This document shows positions 9,272-19,235 of a stretch of DNA of 64,000 bases, piece by piece (the stretch's first letter is position 1; the number at the start of each line of letters is the position of its first letter). Source of the stretch: Myxococcota bacterium (GTDB lineage: Bacteria > Myxococcota_A > UBA796 > CAJQPC01); contig JAZAMN010000006.1 in the NCBI GenBank assembly GCA_036229005.1, positions 64,001-128,000 of the forward strand, written 5' to 3'. The notes beneath the pieces were generated by a model. That model ran no database searches, had not been told where the DNA came from, and saw only the letters and a list, made by a program, of their open reading frames with translations. The translations under genes were made by a program, and so were the position numbers.

Positions 9272-11065
9272 ATGCGGCTGCGCCCGCGCCTGGTCCTCCT
9301 CTTGGTGGTCAGCACGCTGATTCCGCTGGGCCTGACGGGGTGGATGACCGCCCACCTCAGCCGTCAGAACAACATCGCACAGGCCCGCCAGCTCCAACAG
9401 CGGCAGGCCGAGGCGTTGGCCACCCTCACCGAATCCTGGCGCGAGGACAGCCTCCGGGCCCTGGAGCTCGGGCTCGCCACCTGGGACGTCGAGCAGCTCT
9501 CCGCCGCTGAGCGGGCCGGTTTGCAGCGGGTGCTCTACCGGCAGTTGGACGCCGTCAACATCGTCGCGACGGTGGACCGCGCGGGGCAGCCCGTGGTCCC
9601 CCCCACCACGCTCGGAGAGGGGGAGACGGTCGGGGAGCTCTCTCGCCACCAGCCCGTGGGCGGCGCGCGCCTGGAGCGCCTGCTCAGCCGGATTCCCGCG
9701 CCCGGCCCTGGAGCGGTCTCCGTCGGCCAGGTGTACGACCCGGGGGATGGACAGGCCGCCGTGTTGCCCGTTGCGCTCGCCTCGCCCAAGGGCGAGCTCA
9801 TCGTGGTCGTGGAGCTCTCTCTGGAGGAGCTGGAGGAGGGGTTCGCTGCACAGGCCCTCCCCCACGGCGGGGCACTCTTGATGGCCTCTACCGGGGACAG
9901 GATCCTGGGCCCGGGCGAGGACACGCTGCCCCAGACCACCGCCTGGTTGGGGGCCGGGCTCTCCGGCGAGTTGGAGTACGACACCGCCCAGGGGCGGGAG
10001 ATCCTCGCGACCTTCCAGGGCATCTCCGGGGCGCCGTGGACCGTCGTCGTCAGCCAGGAGCGGGACCAGATCACCGCCGCCGGCGACGCCATCGCCCTCA
10101 AGGTCGCCTACGTCTACCTGCTCGCGCTGGTGCTGGTCGGTGCCACGGCCGCGGTCTCCGCAAACCAGATCGCGCGGCCCATGTTGGCCTTGCGGCGGGC
10201 CGCGGAGCGCATCGGTCAGGGCAAGCTCGGCGAGCGGGTGCAGTGGCAGGGGCGGGACGAGATCGCGGAGCTGGCCGAGACCTTCAACGACATGTCCGAG
10301 CGCCTGCAGGCCCAGGCCAGCACCATCCAGGCCAAGAACCAGGAGATCGAGGGCTTCAACCGGGAGCTGCAGGACCGCGTGCGGGCGCGCACCCGGGAGC
10401 TGGAGCAGTCGCAGGCCCGGCTGGTTCAGTCCTCCCGCATGGCCGCCGTCGCCCAGCTCGGGGCGGGGCTGGCGCACGAGCTGAACAACCCCATCGCCGG
10501 CATCCTGGGCCTGTCCCAGCTCGCCCAGCAGCAGCCGGCCGCCAGCGAGGGCCTGCTCCAGTCCATCGAAGGCGAGGCGCTCCGCTGCCGCGACATCCTC
10601 CAGTCGCTCCAGCGCTTCTCCGGCGCCGGCGGTGTGTCCTCGCGCGAGCCCCTGGATCTGAGCCAGCTCTTACACCAGGTGCTTGTGTTGGTGCGCTCCT
10701 CCATGGAGGAGGCCCAGGTTCAGGTCGACCTCGAGCCCCTCCCGGCGCTGCCCACCCTGGGGGACGCTGCGCTGCTGGGACAGGCCGTCACCCAGCTCCT
10801 GCGCAGCCTGCGGGCCAACCTCGCTCCGGGCGGCAGGATCCGCATCAGCGGCCGATCCGCGCTCGGAGAGGTGGGCCTGGAGATGAAGCTGGACGGGCCC
10901 GCGCGGCCCTCCAAGGACGACTGGCTTGCCTCCGGGATGGGCTTCTGGGTGGCCCAGCAGGTGCTGCATGAGCACGGCGGGCGCCTGGAGGAAGGGGCGG
11001 TCGCGAGCCGGGTCTGGACGCTCTGGCTGCCTGCCGCTGAAGATCCGGAGCGCGCTGGGCAGTAA
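9272..11065 (+). CDS. Membrane sensor kinase-like protein (periplasmic Cache-like domain, HAMP, HisKA) with degenerate ATPase domain
   Basis: Two TM helices; HAMP (DEIAELAETFNDM); AHELNNP; N, G1, F and G2 boxes not conserved. Confidence 0.85.
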   Translation: MRLRPRLVLLLVVSTLIPLGLTGWMTAHLSRQNNIAQARQLQQRQAEALATLTESWREDSLRALELGLATWDVEQLSAAERAGLQRVLYRQLDAVNIVATVDRAGQPVVPPTTLGEGETVGELSRHQPVGGARLERLLSRIPAPGPGAVSVGQVYDPGDGQAAVLPVALASPKGELIVVVELSLEELEEGFAAQALPHGGALLMASTGDRILGPGEDTLPQTTAWLGAGLSGELEYDTAQGREILATFQGISGAPWTVVVSQERDQITAAGDAIALKVAYVYLLALVLVGATAAVSANQIARPMLALRRAAERIGQGKLGERVQWQGRDEIAELAETFNDMSERLQAQASTIQAKNQEIEGFNRELQDRVRARTRELEQSQARLVQSSRMAAVAQLGAGLAHELNNPIAGILGLSQLAQQQPAASEGLLQSIEGEALRCRDILQSLQRFSGAGGVSSREPLDLSQLLHQVLVLVRSSMEEAQVQVDLEPLPALPTLGDAALLGQAVTQLLRSLRANLAPGGRIRISGRSALGEVGLEMKLDGPARPSKDDWLASGMGFWVAQQVLHEHGGRLEEGAVASRVWTLWLPAAEDPERAGQ

Positions 11066-11074
11066 GATGCCCCA

Positions 11075-11932
11075 ATGCGAGAGTTCCTGACCCTCATCGC
11101 GGTGGCTGCGGCGGTCCTGATCCTGGGCGGGCTCGGGTACCGGGCGCTCTTCGCCCCAGGGGCAGAGGCGGGGATGCAGCTCAGCGCCGTTCAAGGCGAG
11201 GTGTTCCGGGTGGGTGACCAGCAGCTCCCCGCTCAGGTCGGTGACCGGCTGGCGCCCTCGGAGACCCTGGTTGCTGGTCCCGATGGCTCCGCGACCCTGG
11301 AGTTCGGCGAAGGCAGCGCCCTCAAGATCAGCTCAGGCACGCGGATCCGGGTGCTCGACGGCGACCAGGACACCCTCCGCATCGAGCTGGAGGATGGGCA
11401 GGTGGAGGCCACGCTGCGCGGCGGGCCGGGGCTGGGCGTGGTCAGCGGGGAGCGGGAGATCCGGGCACAGGACGCCGACTTCCAGGTCGCCCGCGCCGAG
11501 GACAGCACCTATGTCCGCAGCGAGCGCGGAGAGCTGCAGCTCCAGGGCTTCGGGGATCTGGACACCCTGGGCCCCGACCAGGTCCTGGTCGCTCCGGACC
11601 AGGGGGCCATGCGGGTCGATGAGGCCTCTCGGGCGCTGCTGATGGAGGTCGAGTGGCCGGGCCGTCAGGTGCGGCAGCCAACCCTCCCCATCGTCGGTCG
11701 CTGCGACCCGGGGAGCCAGGTGGCGCTCTTCGTGGACGGGGTCTCCATCGGAACCGTCATCGCCGACAGCCTGGGCCAGTGGTCTCTGGAAGCCCCGCTG
11801 GACGAGGGCCCCAACCCCGTGCGCGTCGTGATCACGGACCCCCTGGGGCGCAGCCGGACCCTGGAGGAGGTGGTGGATCTGGACACGCGGCCTCCCCAGC
11901 TCACGGTCGAAGTCGCGGTGCCGGGGGGCTGA
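11075..11932 (+). CDS. FecR-domain protein with C-terminal Ig-like domain
   Basis: N-terminal TM; VQGEV, GDRL, GSATLEFGEGS, IELEDGQVEA, SERGEL; C-terminal G..DPGS..LDEGPN.V.V..TDP.G..DTRPP. Confidence 0.8.
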   Translation: MREFLTLIAVAAAVLILGGLGYRALFAPGAEAGMQLSAVQGEVFRVGDQQLPAQVGDRLAPSETLVAGPDGSATLEFGEGSALKISSGTRIRVLDGDQDTLRIELEDGQVEATLRGGPGLGVVSGEREIRAQDADFQVARAEDSTYVRSERGELQLQGFGDLDTLGPDQVLVAPDQGAMRVDEASRALLMEVEWPGRQVRQPTLPIVGRCDPGSQVALFVDGVSIGTVIADSLGQWSLEAPLDEGPNPVRVVITDPLGRSRTLEEVVDLDTRPPQLTVEVAVPGG

Positions 11933-14338
11933 ATGTGGCTGTTGTTGCCAGCGCTGGCTGCGGCCGGCGTTGAGGTCATCGCGCCCAGCCCGCTGGAGCA
12001 GGGGCGGCCGGGACGGGTGCTCGTGTCGTCGTGGTCTGAGGATCAGCCGGCGGAGGCGCCACCGGAGCTCGCGCTGGCGGGAGGAGAGCTGCTCGCCTTG
12101 CAGCCCGAAGGCCACCCCGGCGTCTGGGAGCTCGTGGTGCTTCCGGATGCGACCCGGCCGGACCTCGTGGTCCGGGTGGACGGAACCGGGCACAGCCTGG
12201 CCCTCAAGGCCCCTTCCAGGCCGGACTTCTCGGCGCCCACGCGGCTGGAGGGGGAGGTCACCGAGGGGATCATGCTGGAGCTCTCCGGGGAGCTCACACC
12301 GCCGGACATCCAGGTCCTCCTCCCCAAGGACCTGACCCTCTCCGCAGTCGAGGACACCGGGTCCGGCTTGCGCCTGAGCCTGGATCCTGGGCCCTCCCAG
12401 GAGGCTCGGGTGCTGCTCGTCGGCCTCCGGGACCTGCGCAAGCCCCAGTCGGCCACCCACTGGGTGCAGCTCCGGCTTCACCGAATCGCCCAGGTCAAGC
12501 TGGCCACCGAGCCCGGCTCAAAGGTCTCCATCCGGGTGGGGGGACGGACGGTCGGCCCTGTGGCCGCCGACCGGGACGGAAAGGTCGCCGTGGACGTGCC
12601 CGTCTACCCCGGAGAGACCGAGGCCGTGGCGGTGTCCGAGGACCCGGCGGGGAACCGCAGCGAGACCCGCATCAGCCTGGCCATCTCACCGCCGCCCGCG
12701 CTGGGGATCGCCGCAGTGGAGGGCGCTGGACAGACCCCGCACGTCGAGATCAGCGCCCAGGGGCCCGCCGGGCGCGCCTGGACCGGCGCTGCGCCCGAGT
12801 GCCTCATCCCGCCCGGTGTGGAGCTCGATCTGCGCCCCGTCGCGCCCGGCCGCTGGACCGCCTGGATCCCTGGTGTCGAGCGCCTGCCCCCAGACCTTCG
12901 CGTGTCCTGCACTCTGGGCAAGGTCCAGGCCCAGCTCCAGCACGTGGGTGGGGCAGGGGGCCCCGAACGCGTGGTCCTGCGCGCCTGGCCGGAGGAGCTC
13001 TCCTCCGACTTCCCGGTCGCCCAGCTCCAAGCCAGCCTGGAGGACAGCCGAGGCGACCGCCTGCCATTGGCTGGACTCGAGCTCAGCGCACAACACGGGG
13101 CTGTGGAGCACCTGGTCATGGACGGGCGCGTGCTGCGGGCGGACTACATGGGGGACGGCGGGAACCCCCAGGACCAGGTGGTCGCGCGCTGGGTGCAGCC
13201 CCCATCGTCCGAGCCCGTGGTCGCCCTGGAGCTGAGCCTCAGCCGCAGGGGGCAGGGCAGGGAGGCCGTCGTCCGGGCCTTTGACGCCCAAGGGGCCCCG
13301 GTCCAGGGGGCCCAGATCAGCTTGCGGGTCGATGAGTATGTGCTGCAGGCGCAGAGCGACGCTCGGGGGCGGGCCCGGCTCTACTTCGAGCCTCAAGGGG
13401 TCCAGGTCGTCGTCGTGAGCACCCAGGGCGTCGAGAAGCAGGGCTTGAGCCTGCCCTGGCTGGAGTACCCGGTCATCGGGGAGCTGGGGCCGGATCTCCA
13501 GACCCAGGTGCCCTTGAACGTCCGCGCGGGTCGGGTCCGTCGCGCGGAGCTCTCCATGGACCAGGAGGTCCTCTACACCCAGCGTGGAGCGGCCGCGAAC
13601 GTCGTGGTCGTGCTCCTGGACCGGGACGGCGTGCCAGTCCCCGACGAGCCCGTCAGGCTGAGCGCCTCGGAGGGCTTCCTCTCAAGCCTGCAGCCCCTCC
13701 CGGATGGCAGCCTGCGGGCCGTCTACCAGCCCCCGCCTCAGCTCCGCGCAGGCAAGGTCCAGATCCGCCTGGAGGCCCTGGACTCCAGCTTCGAGCCCCA
13801 GGAGTTCACCCTCGTCCTGGCCCCCCCGCCCATCTACAGGGCCCCCGGGCTCACCGTCGGAGGCGTGCTCAACTTCAACGGGCCGCTGGGCCCCTACCTG
13901 GGGCTGAGCTTCGAGCAGGCCCTTCGGCCCCCGATCCCCTTCGCCCTGCGCGCGGAGCTGGGGGTGTACCGGGTGGATCGCAACGTGAACCTGAGCAGCG
14001 GGAGCGCGGCGCTGCGCATGGAGGTCGTCCCCTTGGTGCTCTCGGGCCATCGGCGCTGGGACCAGGGGCTCTGGTCCACCTGGGTGGGCGCCGGGCTCGT
14101 CGTCGCGCCCTTCCGCTCCCGGAGCTGGTTCGTCGAAGACGGCCTGGAGGAGCCGGGCACCTCGCAGCTCGGCATCCACCCCCCGGGCCTGCAGGTCTAC
14201 GCAGGCCGCGGCTACCGTCTCCGGGGCGGGGAGAGCTTCGCCGAGATCCGCTACACCGCGCTGGGCTCCAGTGCCGAAGAGTTCTCTGGACAGATCGGCG
14301 GCGTGACCGCTACCATCGGCTTCAGAATCGTCTATTGA
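11933..14338 (+). CDS. Secreted multi-Ig-domain protein with probable C-terminal outer-membrane beta-barrel
   Basis: Signal peptide; invasin-like VVLLDRDGVPV..V.L.ASEG; about 170 aa of amphipathic strands ending TIGFRIVY. Confidence 0.7.
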   Translation: MWLLLPALAAAGVEVIAPSPLEQGRPGRVLVSSWSEDQPAEAPPELALAGGELLALQPEGHPGVWELVVLPDATRPDLVVRVDGTGHSLALKAPSRPDFSAPTRLEGEVTEGIMLELSGELTPPDIQVLLPKDLTLSAVEDTGSGLRLSLDPGPSQEARVLLVGLRDLRKPQSATHWVQLRLHRIAQVKLATEPGSKVSIRVGGRTVGPVAADRDGKVAVDVPVYPGETEAVAVSEDPAGNRSETRISLAISPPPALGIAAVEGAGQTPHVEISAQGPAGRAWTGAAPECLIPPGVELDLRPVAPGRWTAWIPGVERLPPDLRVSCTLGKVQAQLQHVGGAGGPERVVLRAWPEELSSDFPVAQLQASLEDSRGDRLPLAGLELSAQHGAVEHLVMDGRVLRADYMGDGGNPQDQVVARWVQPPSSEPVVALELSLSRRGQGREAVVRAFDAQGAPVQGAQISLRVDEYVLQAQSDARGRARLYFEPQGVQVVVVSTQGVEKQGLSLPWLEYPVIGELGPDLQTQVPLNVRAGRVRRAELSMDQEVLYTQRGAAANVVVVLLDRDGVPVPDEPVRLSASEGFLSSLQPLPDGSLRAVYQPPPQLRAGKVQIRLEALDSSFEPQEFTLVLAPPPIYRAPGLTVGGVLNFNGPLGPYLGLSFEQALRPPIPFALRAELGVYRVDRNVNLSSGSAALRMEVVPLVLSGHRRWDQGLWSTWVGAGLVVAPFRSRSWFVEDGLEEPGTSQLGIHPPGLQVYAGRGYRLRGGESFAEIRYTALGSSAEEFSGQIGGVTATIGFRIVY

Positions 14339-14370
14339 CCGGAGTTGATCGGAGCCCAGAGACGGAGCGT

Positions 14371-17300
14371 ATGAACCAGAGCTGGCCAGGCTTGGGCGCC
14401 TCGGCGTTGCCCCTGTTGGGCATCGCGCTGGTCTCCTGCGTCGAGAGCCAGACTCCGGATCCCCAGGCCGTCTCGCCCGCGCGCGTCTACCACGCCGAGA
14501 ACACCCCCATCACCATCACCGGGGAGTACTTCCACCCCGTCGTCACGGTGGATGTGGGGCGGGACGGAAACTCGGTCGACGACAGCTTCGGGGCCGAGTT
14601 CGTCCACACCGTCTCCGGCGAGAGCATCGAGCTCGAGGGGCTGTTCTGGGAGAGCTTCCAGGAGCTCCGCGGCGTCTGGCCCGAAGACCAGGCCACAGGC
14701 ACCTACGATCTCTACCTGACCAGCCCGGAGGGTGGGGACCCGGTCGTCCTCCAGGATGCGCTCACCGTCTCGGACTCGCGGGCCAACACCATCGTCGTCA
14801 CACCCCAGGTCTCCTCCGAGGTCGTCGGGGAGTTCATCCAGTTCGACATCAGCCTGGTTGACGCCCAGGGCAACGCGGTGGTCGAGGCCGGGAGCGTGCC
14901 GGTCAGCCTGGAGATCAGCGGCCCCGACGCCTCCAGCTTGAGCTTCCCCAGCACCCAGGGCATCGACGAGCTGACCCAGACCGGGGACGAGAACTCCTGG
15001 GTGGGCCGCCTGTCCTTCACCGAAGAGAACTGGTTCACCGTCTCCAGCAGCGTGGACGGTCTGCTCACGCTCACGGTCTCCGACGACGGCGAGGGCCTCG
15101 AGGACGGCAGGGGGACCGTCCTCTTCGAGCCCGGGAACCTGGACGACCTCGAGATCATCCTGCCCTCCAGCAACTTCACCGCCACCGCGGGGGAGAGCTT
15201 CCCCGTCACCTTCCGGGCCCTGGACGACGAGGGGAACCTCGTCGACGGCCCCCTTCAACTGGAGTTCTCGGATAGCTGCTCGGGCGTGGTGGAGCCCAGC
15301 GAGCTCACCCTCAATGGCGAAGAGACCGTGCTCCTGACCTTCGGGCGCGCCAACTCCGGGGCGTGCTCGCAGACCCAGCTCCTGGTGGACGCGCAGATCA
15401 CCTGGACCTCGGACCCCTTCACCGTGCGGCCCGCCGACGCGTCCGAGCTGGTGGTCCGATTCAATGGGCTCGCGGGGCTCTCTGGCATCCAGGCCGGAGA
15501 GGGCGTGGAGCTGTCCATCCAAGCCATCGACCCCTACAACAACGTCGTCGTGGACTACGACGAGAGCCTGTCCTTCACGGTCCGCGGGAGCAGCGGTGAG
15601 CTCGAAGGGGCCGACGTCGTCTCTCGCCTCTCCGAGGTATGGAACAACGGCTTGTCCTACTGGGTCTGGACGCCCACGAGCGCTGGTGAGAACGTCCTGG
15701 AGGCCTCCGGTGGCGGCCTGACCGCCCTCGCGCCCAGCCTCGGGGTGGTCGCCGGCCCAGCGGTTGACCTTGACGCCAACGTGCAGGTCAGCAGCGTCGT
15801 CGCCGGGGAGACCTTCGATCTCAGCGTGGCGCTCTCCGATGCCTACGCCAACAGCGTGAGCTGGGACGGCAGCACCTACACCCTGAGCGTGGACGATGGC
15901 GCGGGCAGCGTGGGCTGCAGCTTCCAGAGCCTGACCGAGGTCGCCGCAGAGTTCGAGTGCGCGGCCACCCATGCCACCAGCGGTGTGTCCCTGACGGTGG
16001 AGGTCGACCCCGGGGGCTTGACCGCCCAGACCGATGTGATCGAGGTGACCAACGCTGCCGCCGACTCCGCCACCTGGAGCCTGCCAGCCTCTGCGGTCGC
16101 GGGAGACAGCTTCGCGGCGAGCCTGCAGGTCTACGACGCGTTCGGGAACCCCTACCGCACCGGGACGCGGGGGGTGACGCTGAGCGACGACTCCGGCACC
16201 CTCTCCCCCAGCTCCGCGAGCCTCAAGAGCGACGGCTCCCTCAGCCTGAACCTCAGCATCACCGAGGCCGGAACGCGCGCTGTCACCGTCTCGATGGGCG
16301 GAGACCTGGGGACCGACACCATCGAGATCCTCGCGGACGACGCCGCCAGCCTGGAGCTGGATCTTCAGGAGCCCTGGGCCTGGCAGGGCGACAGCGTGCC
16401 GCTGGAGGTCCAGGCCGTCGACCAGTTCGGGAACCTTGTCCAGGACTACAGCCGCACCGTGACGGTGAGCTCCCAGGCCAGCGGCTTCTCGGACCTCAGC
16501 CTCAGCAGCTTCTCCGGGGGGCTGGCCACCACCACCCTGAGCTGGGACCAGACCGCACTGCAGGACCGGGTGCTGGTCCAGGATGACCAGGGCCTCAGCG
16601 GGACCTCTTCGGCCATCGATGTCGTGGAGGTCTGCGCGGACGGCCCGACCTCGCTTGTGCTGATCGGTGGCAGCAGTGATGAAGCGGTCAGTTGCCGGAG
16701 CGGTGGGCTGGCCAGTGTGAACGTGGACCTCTCCACCTCCTCCCCTGGATCCGCCTCCCTCATCGCGATGCACCTGGATGACGGCGAGGGCAACCGACTG
16801 CGCGCCGCGGTGGGCAGCCAGACCCTCAGCGCCTCCGAGCCCGGGGTCACCTACGTCCAGGCGCTGGTGGTGGACAGCGACGCCTGCGCAGACCTGGACA
16901 GCGGCGTCTGGTACGTCGCCGACAGCGGGGACATCGCGGGGCCCATCTCGCTCTCGCTGGCCCACAGCGGTCGGGTTGCGGGAGGCAGCAGCACGGTCTC
17001 CGATACCACCCTGAGCGTCAGCGCCCAGGACTGCACGGGCGCCAGCCTCTCCAGCGGGCAGGTCTACCTGCGCACGGACATGGGGGCCTTCTCCGGCCTG
17101 AGCACCGACAGCCAGGGCCAATACCTGGACCTCTCCATGGGGAGCACGGTCACCTGGAGCGGGACCACGGCCATCGCGAACGGCACGGCCAACGTCTACG
17201 CGGGCGCCCTGGACAACAGCGCGTGGGGGAGCGCCTCTCTGACCTTGAGCAGCGAGAGCGAGCCCCCCGTGGTGTGCGCCGTCGACCCCCGGGGGAGCAG

Positions 17301-17940
17301 CTCGGAGATGTTGGACAGCGTGGAGATTCTGCTGAGCGAGGACCTCGACGAGACCTCGATCTCCGGCGCTGTGAGCCTCACCGGGCCAGACGGATCGGTG
17401 GGCTTCACAGCCTCGGTCCAGGACGAGACCCTCACCCTCGCGCTGGACGAGCAGGTGGACGCCTCGGATGGGACCTTCACGCTGACACTCACCAGCGCGC
17501 TGACCGACAGCGAAGGCAACGCCCTGGACGGCGACTGGAGCGGCGGGAGCAGCAGCTTCAGCACCAGCTTCGGGGCGGTGAGCTCCTTGGGACTGCAGGT
17601 GAGCGCCTGCACCCTCTCGACCTCTGTGCTCACGCCAGACGGGAACGCTGGGACCGCAGACGAGGCCGACTCGGTGAGCATCAGCGCCTCCGCGACGGGC
17701 ACCCCGGACTACTGGGTGTTGGAGGTCTACGACAGCAGCGGCGCTCGCGTGTACACCGAGCACACCGCCGCGACCAGCTCCAGCCAGACCCTGAGCTGGG
17801 ATGCACGAGACCATGACGGGCGGATCCAGTCTCCGGGCGGCTACCTTCTAGGCGTCTCCGCGCTGGACAGCAGCGACACCCTGTCGGATAGCTGCACCCA
17901 GAGCCTGACCCTGCAGCAGCACTTTGTGGAGCCCGGTTGA
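14371..17940 (+). CDS. Large Ser/Thr/Asp-rich surface lipoprotein with Ig-like repeats and a FlgD-Ig-like C-terminus
   Basis: Lipobox LVSC; repeated AG..F...A.D..GN units; LTDSEGNALDG; TPDGN..LEVYDSSG..LSWDARD..G..PGGY. Confidence 0.8.
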   Translation: MNQSWPGLGASALPLLGIALVSCVESQTPDPQAVSPARVYHAENTPITITGEYFHPVVTVDVGRDGNSVDDSFGAEFVHTVSGESIELEGLFWESFQELRGVWPEDQATGTYDLYLTSPEGGDPVVLQDALTVSDSRANTIVVTPQVSSEVVGEFIQFDISLVDAQGNAVVEAGSVPVSLEISGPDASSLSFPSTQGIDELTQTGDENSWVGRLSFTEENWFTVSSSVDGLLTLTVSDDGEGLEDGRGTVLFEPGNLDDLEIILPSSNFTATAGESFPVTFRALDDEGNLVDGPLQLEFSDSCSGVVEPSELTLNGEETVLLTFGRANSGACSQTQLLVDAQITWTSDPFTVRPADASELVVRFNGLAGLSGIQAGEGVELSIQAIDPYNNVVVDYDESLSFTVRGSSGELEGADVVSRLSEVWNNGLSYWVWTPTSAGENVLEASGGGLTALAPSLGVVAGPAVDLDANVQVSSVVAGETFDLSVALSDAYANSVSWDGSTYTLSVDDGAGSVGCSFQSLTEVAAEFECAATHATSGVSLTVEVDPGGLTAQTDVIEVTNAAADSATWSLPASAVAGDSFAASLQVYDAFGNPYRTGTRGVTLSDDSGTLSPSSASLKSDGSLSLNLSITEAGTRAVTVSMGGDLGTDTIEILADDAASLELDLQEPWAWQGDSVPLEVQAVDQFGNLVQDYSRTVTVSSQASGFSDLSLSSFSGGLATTTLSWDQTALQDRVLVQDDQGLSGTSSAIDVVEVCADGPTSLVLIGGSSDEAVSCRSGGLASVNVDLSTSSPGSASLIAMHLDDGEGNRLRAAVGSQTLSASEPGVTYVQALVVDSDACADLDSGVWYVADSGDIAGPISLSLAHSGRVAGGSSTVSDTTLSVSAQDCTGASLSSGQVYLRTDMGAFSGLSTDSQGQYLDLSMGSTVTWSGTTAIANGTANVYAGALDNSAWGSASLTLSSESEPPVVCAVDPRGSSSEMLDSVEILLSEDLDETSISGAVSLTGPDGSVGFTASVQDETLTLALDEQVDASDGTFTLTLTSALTDSEGNALDGDWSGGSSSFSTSFGAVSSLGLQVSACTLSTSVLTPDGNAGTADEADSVSISASATGTPDYWVLEVYDSSGARVYTEHTAATSSSQTLSWDARDHDGRIQSPGGYLLGVSALDSSDTLSDSCTQSLTLQQHFVEPG

Positions 17941-18611
17941 GCACACCCCTGGACCCCAGACTTCAAGAGCAGGCGCGCCTGGCCGAGCTCGGCCTGATGG
18001 TGGCGGGCCTGGGGCACGAGCTCCGGCAGCCGCTGTTCGCCATCAAGTCGATAGCGCAGCTCCTCCAACAGAGTGGCGGTGAGAACCCGGAGATGGTCCA
18101 GTCGCTCCTGGAGCAGGTCGGTCACATGGAGCAGCTCGTGGAGGCGCTGGGCTGCTACAGTCGCAAGCCCCAGGATCAGGGGTTGGTGGACGTGGACGCG
18201 ACGCTGGCCCAGATCCAGCGCTGGCTCGGTCCGCGGGCGCGCAAGGCGGGTGTGGAGCTGCGCATCGTCGCGGGTGCCGGTCAGGCTGTGGCGATGGACC
18301 CGGTGGCCCTGACCCAGATCCTGGTGAACCTCTGCAACAACGCGCTGGACGTCGCGGCCTCCAGCGTGGACCTGAGCGCCGAGTGTGCGGAGGGCGTCGT
18401 CCTGGTTCGCGTGCGGGACGATGGCCCCGGCTTGACCGTGAGCGCCGAGCAGGCCTTCACCCCCTTCGTCACGACCAAGGAGGCCGGGAAGGGGACTGGG
18501 CTGGGGCTCTCCATCTCAAGGCAGCTTGCGGAGGGGGCCGGCGGCAGCTTGGAGCTCCTGGATGTGCCTGTCGGGGCCTGCTTCGTGCTGCAGCTCCCCA
18601 TGGTGACCTGA
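17937..18611 (+). CDS. Sensor-less histidine kinase (HisKA-HATPase only)
   Basis: GHELRQP, NLCNNA, DDGPG, PFVTTK, GTGLGL; only about 13 aa precede the DHp region. Confidence 0.9.
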   Translation: MSTPLDPRLQEQARLAELGLMVAGLGHELRQPLFAIKSIAQLLQQSGGENPEMVQSLLEQVGHMEQLVEALGCYSRKPQDQGLVDVDATLAQIQRWLGPRARKAGVELRIVAGAGQAVAMDPVALTQILVNLCNNALDVAASSVDLSAECAEGVVLVRVRDDGPGLTVSAEQAFTPFVTTKEAGKGTGLGLSISRQLAEGAGGSLELLDVPVGACFVLQLPMVT

Positions 18612-18638
18612 GCCCCGCTGCAGGATAGGGGGCCGGAC

Positions 18639-19220
18639 ATGTCCGACAACAAGATCTCCGAGCAGACCGAGCGCCCCATCGACCCCAACGCCGACGAGGA
18701 GCACCTCGCCGAGCTGGGACCTCGCTTCATGGCGGCCATGGCCCTGCGCCGACAGGGGCGCGATGACCAGGCCATCAAGGAGCTGCGGGGCATCCTCGCC
18801 GTCGAGCCGCGCTTGCCGGAGCCGCGCCTGGAGCTTGGGCGGATCTACCTGGACATGGGGCGCCTCGCGGACGCTCGGGAGGAGACCGAGGAGGCGCTTC
18901 GGGTCCTGGAGGCCGGGGGCCAGTGGGTAGAGGACATCCCGCCCGAGGTCATGTTCTCCACCGCTCACGGTCAGCTCGCTGAGACCCTGCGTCAGCTCGC
19001 GGACTCCGACGAGGTCATCTTTGGCGACCCCGAGGTGTTCAAGGCGCTGCTGGCCAAGGCCAAGGTCCACTTCGCCAAGGCGCAGGACTTCGACCCCAAC
19101 AACGAGCACGCCTCGTTCTACGCCTTCCACGTGGGCGTGGGGGACGAGGTCAGCTTCGCCGGGGAGGCCGAGGGAGAGGCCGCTGCTCTGGCCGCGCTCC
19201 AGGCGCTCGGCGAGGAGTAG
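18639..19220 (+). CDS. Tetratricopeptide-repeat protein
   Basis: AI.EL..IL..EP.LPEP.LELG.IY..MG.L.DA; F.KA..FDPNN. Confidence 0.75.
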   Translation: MSDNKISEQTERPIDPNADEEHLAELGPRFMAAMALRRQGRDDQAIKELRGILAVEPRLPEPRLELGRIYLDMGRLADAREETEEALRVLEAGGQWVEDIPPEVMFSTAHGQLAETLRQLADSDEVIFGDPEVFKALLAKAKVHFAKAQDFDPNNEHASFYAFHVGVGDEVSFAGEAEGEAAALAALQALGEE

Positions 19221-19235
19221 GTCCGCCGCGCGCGA

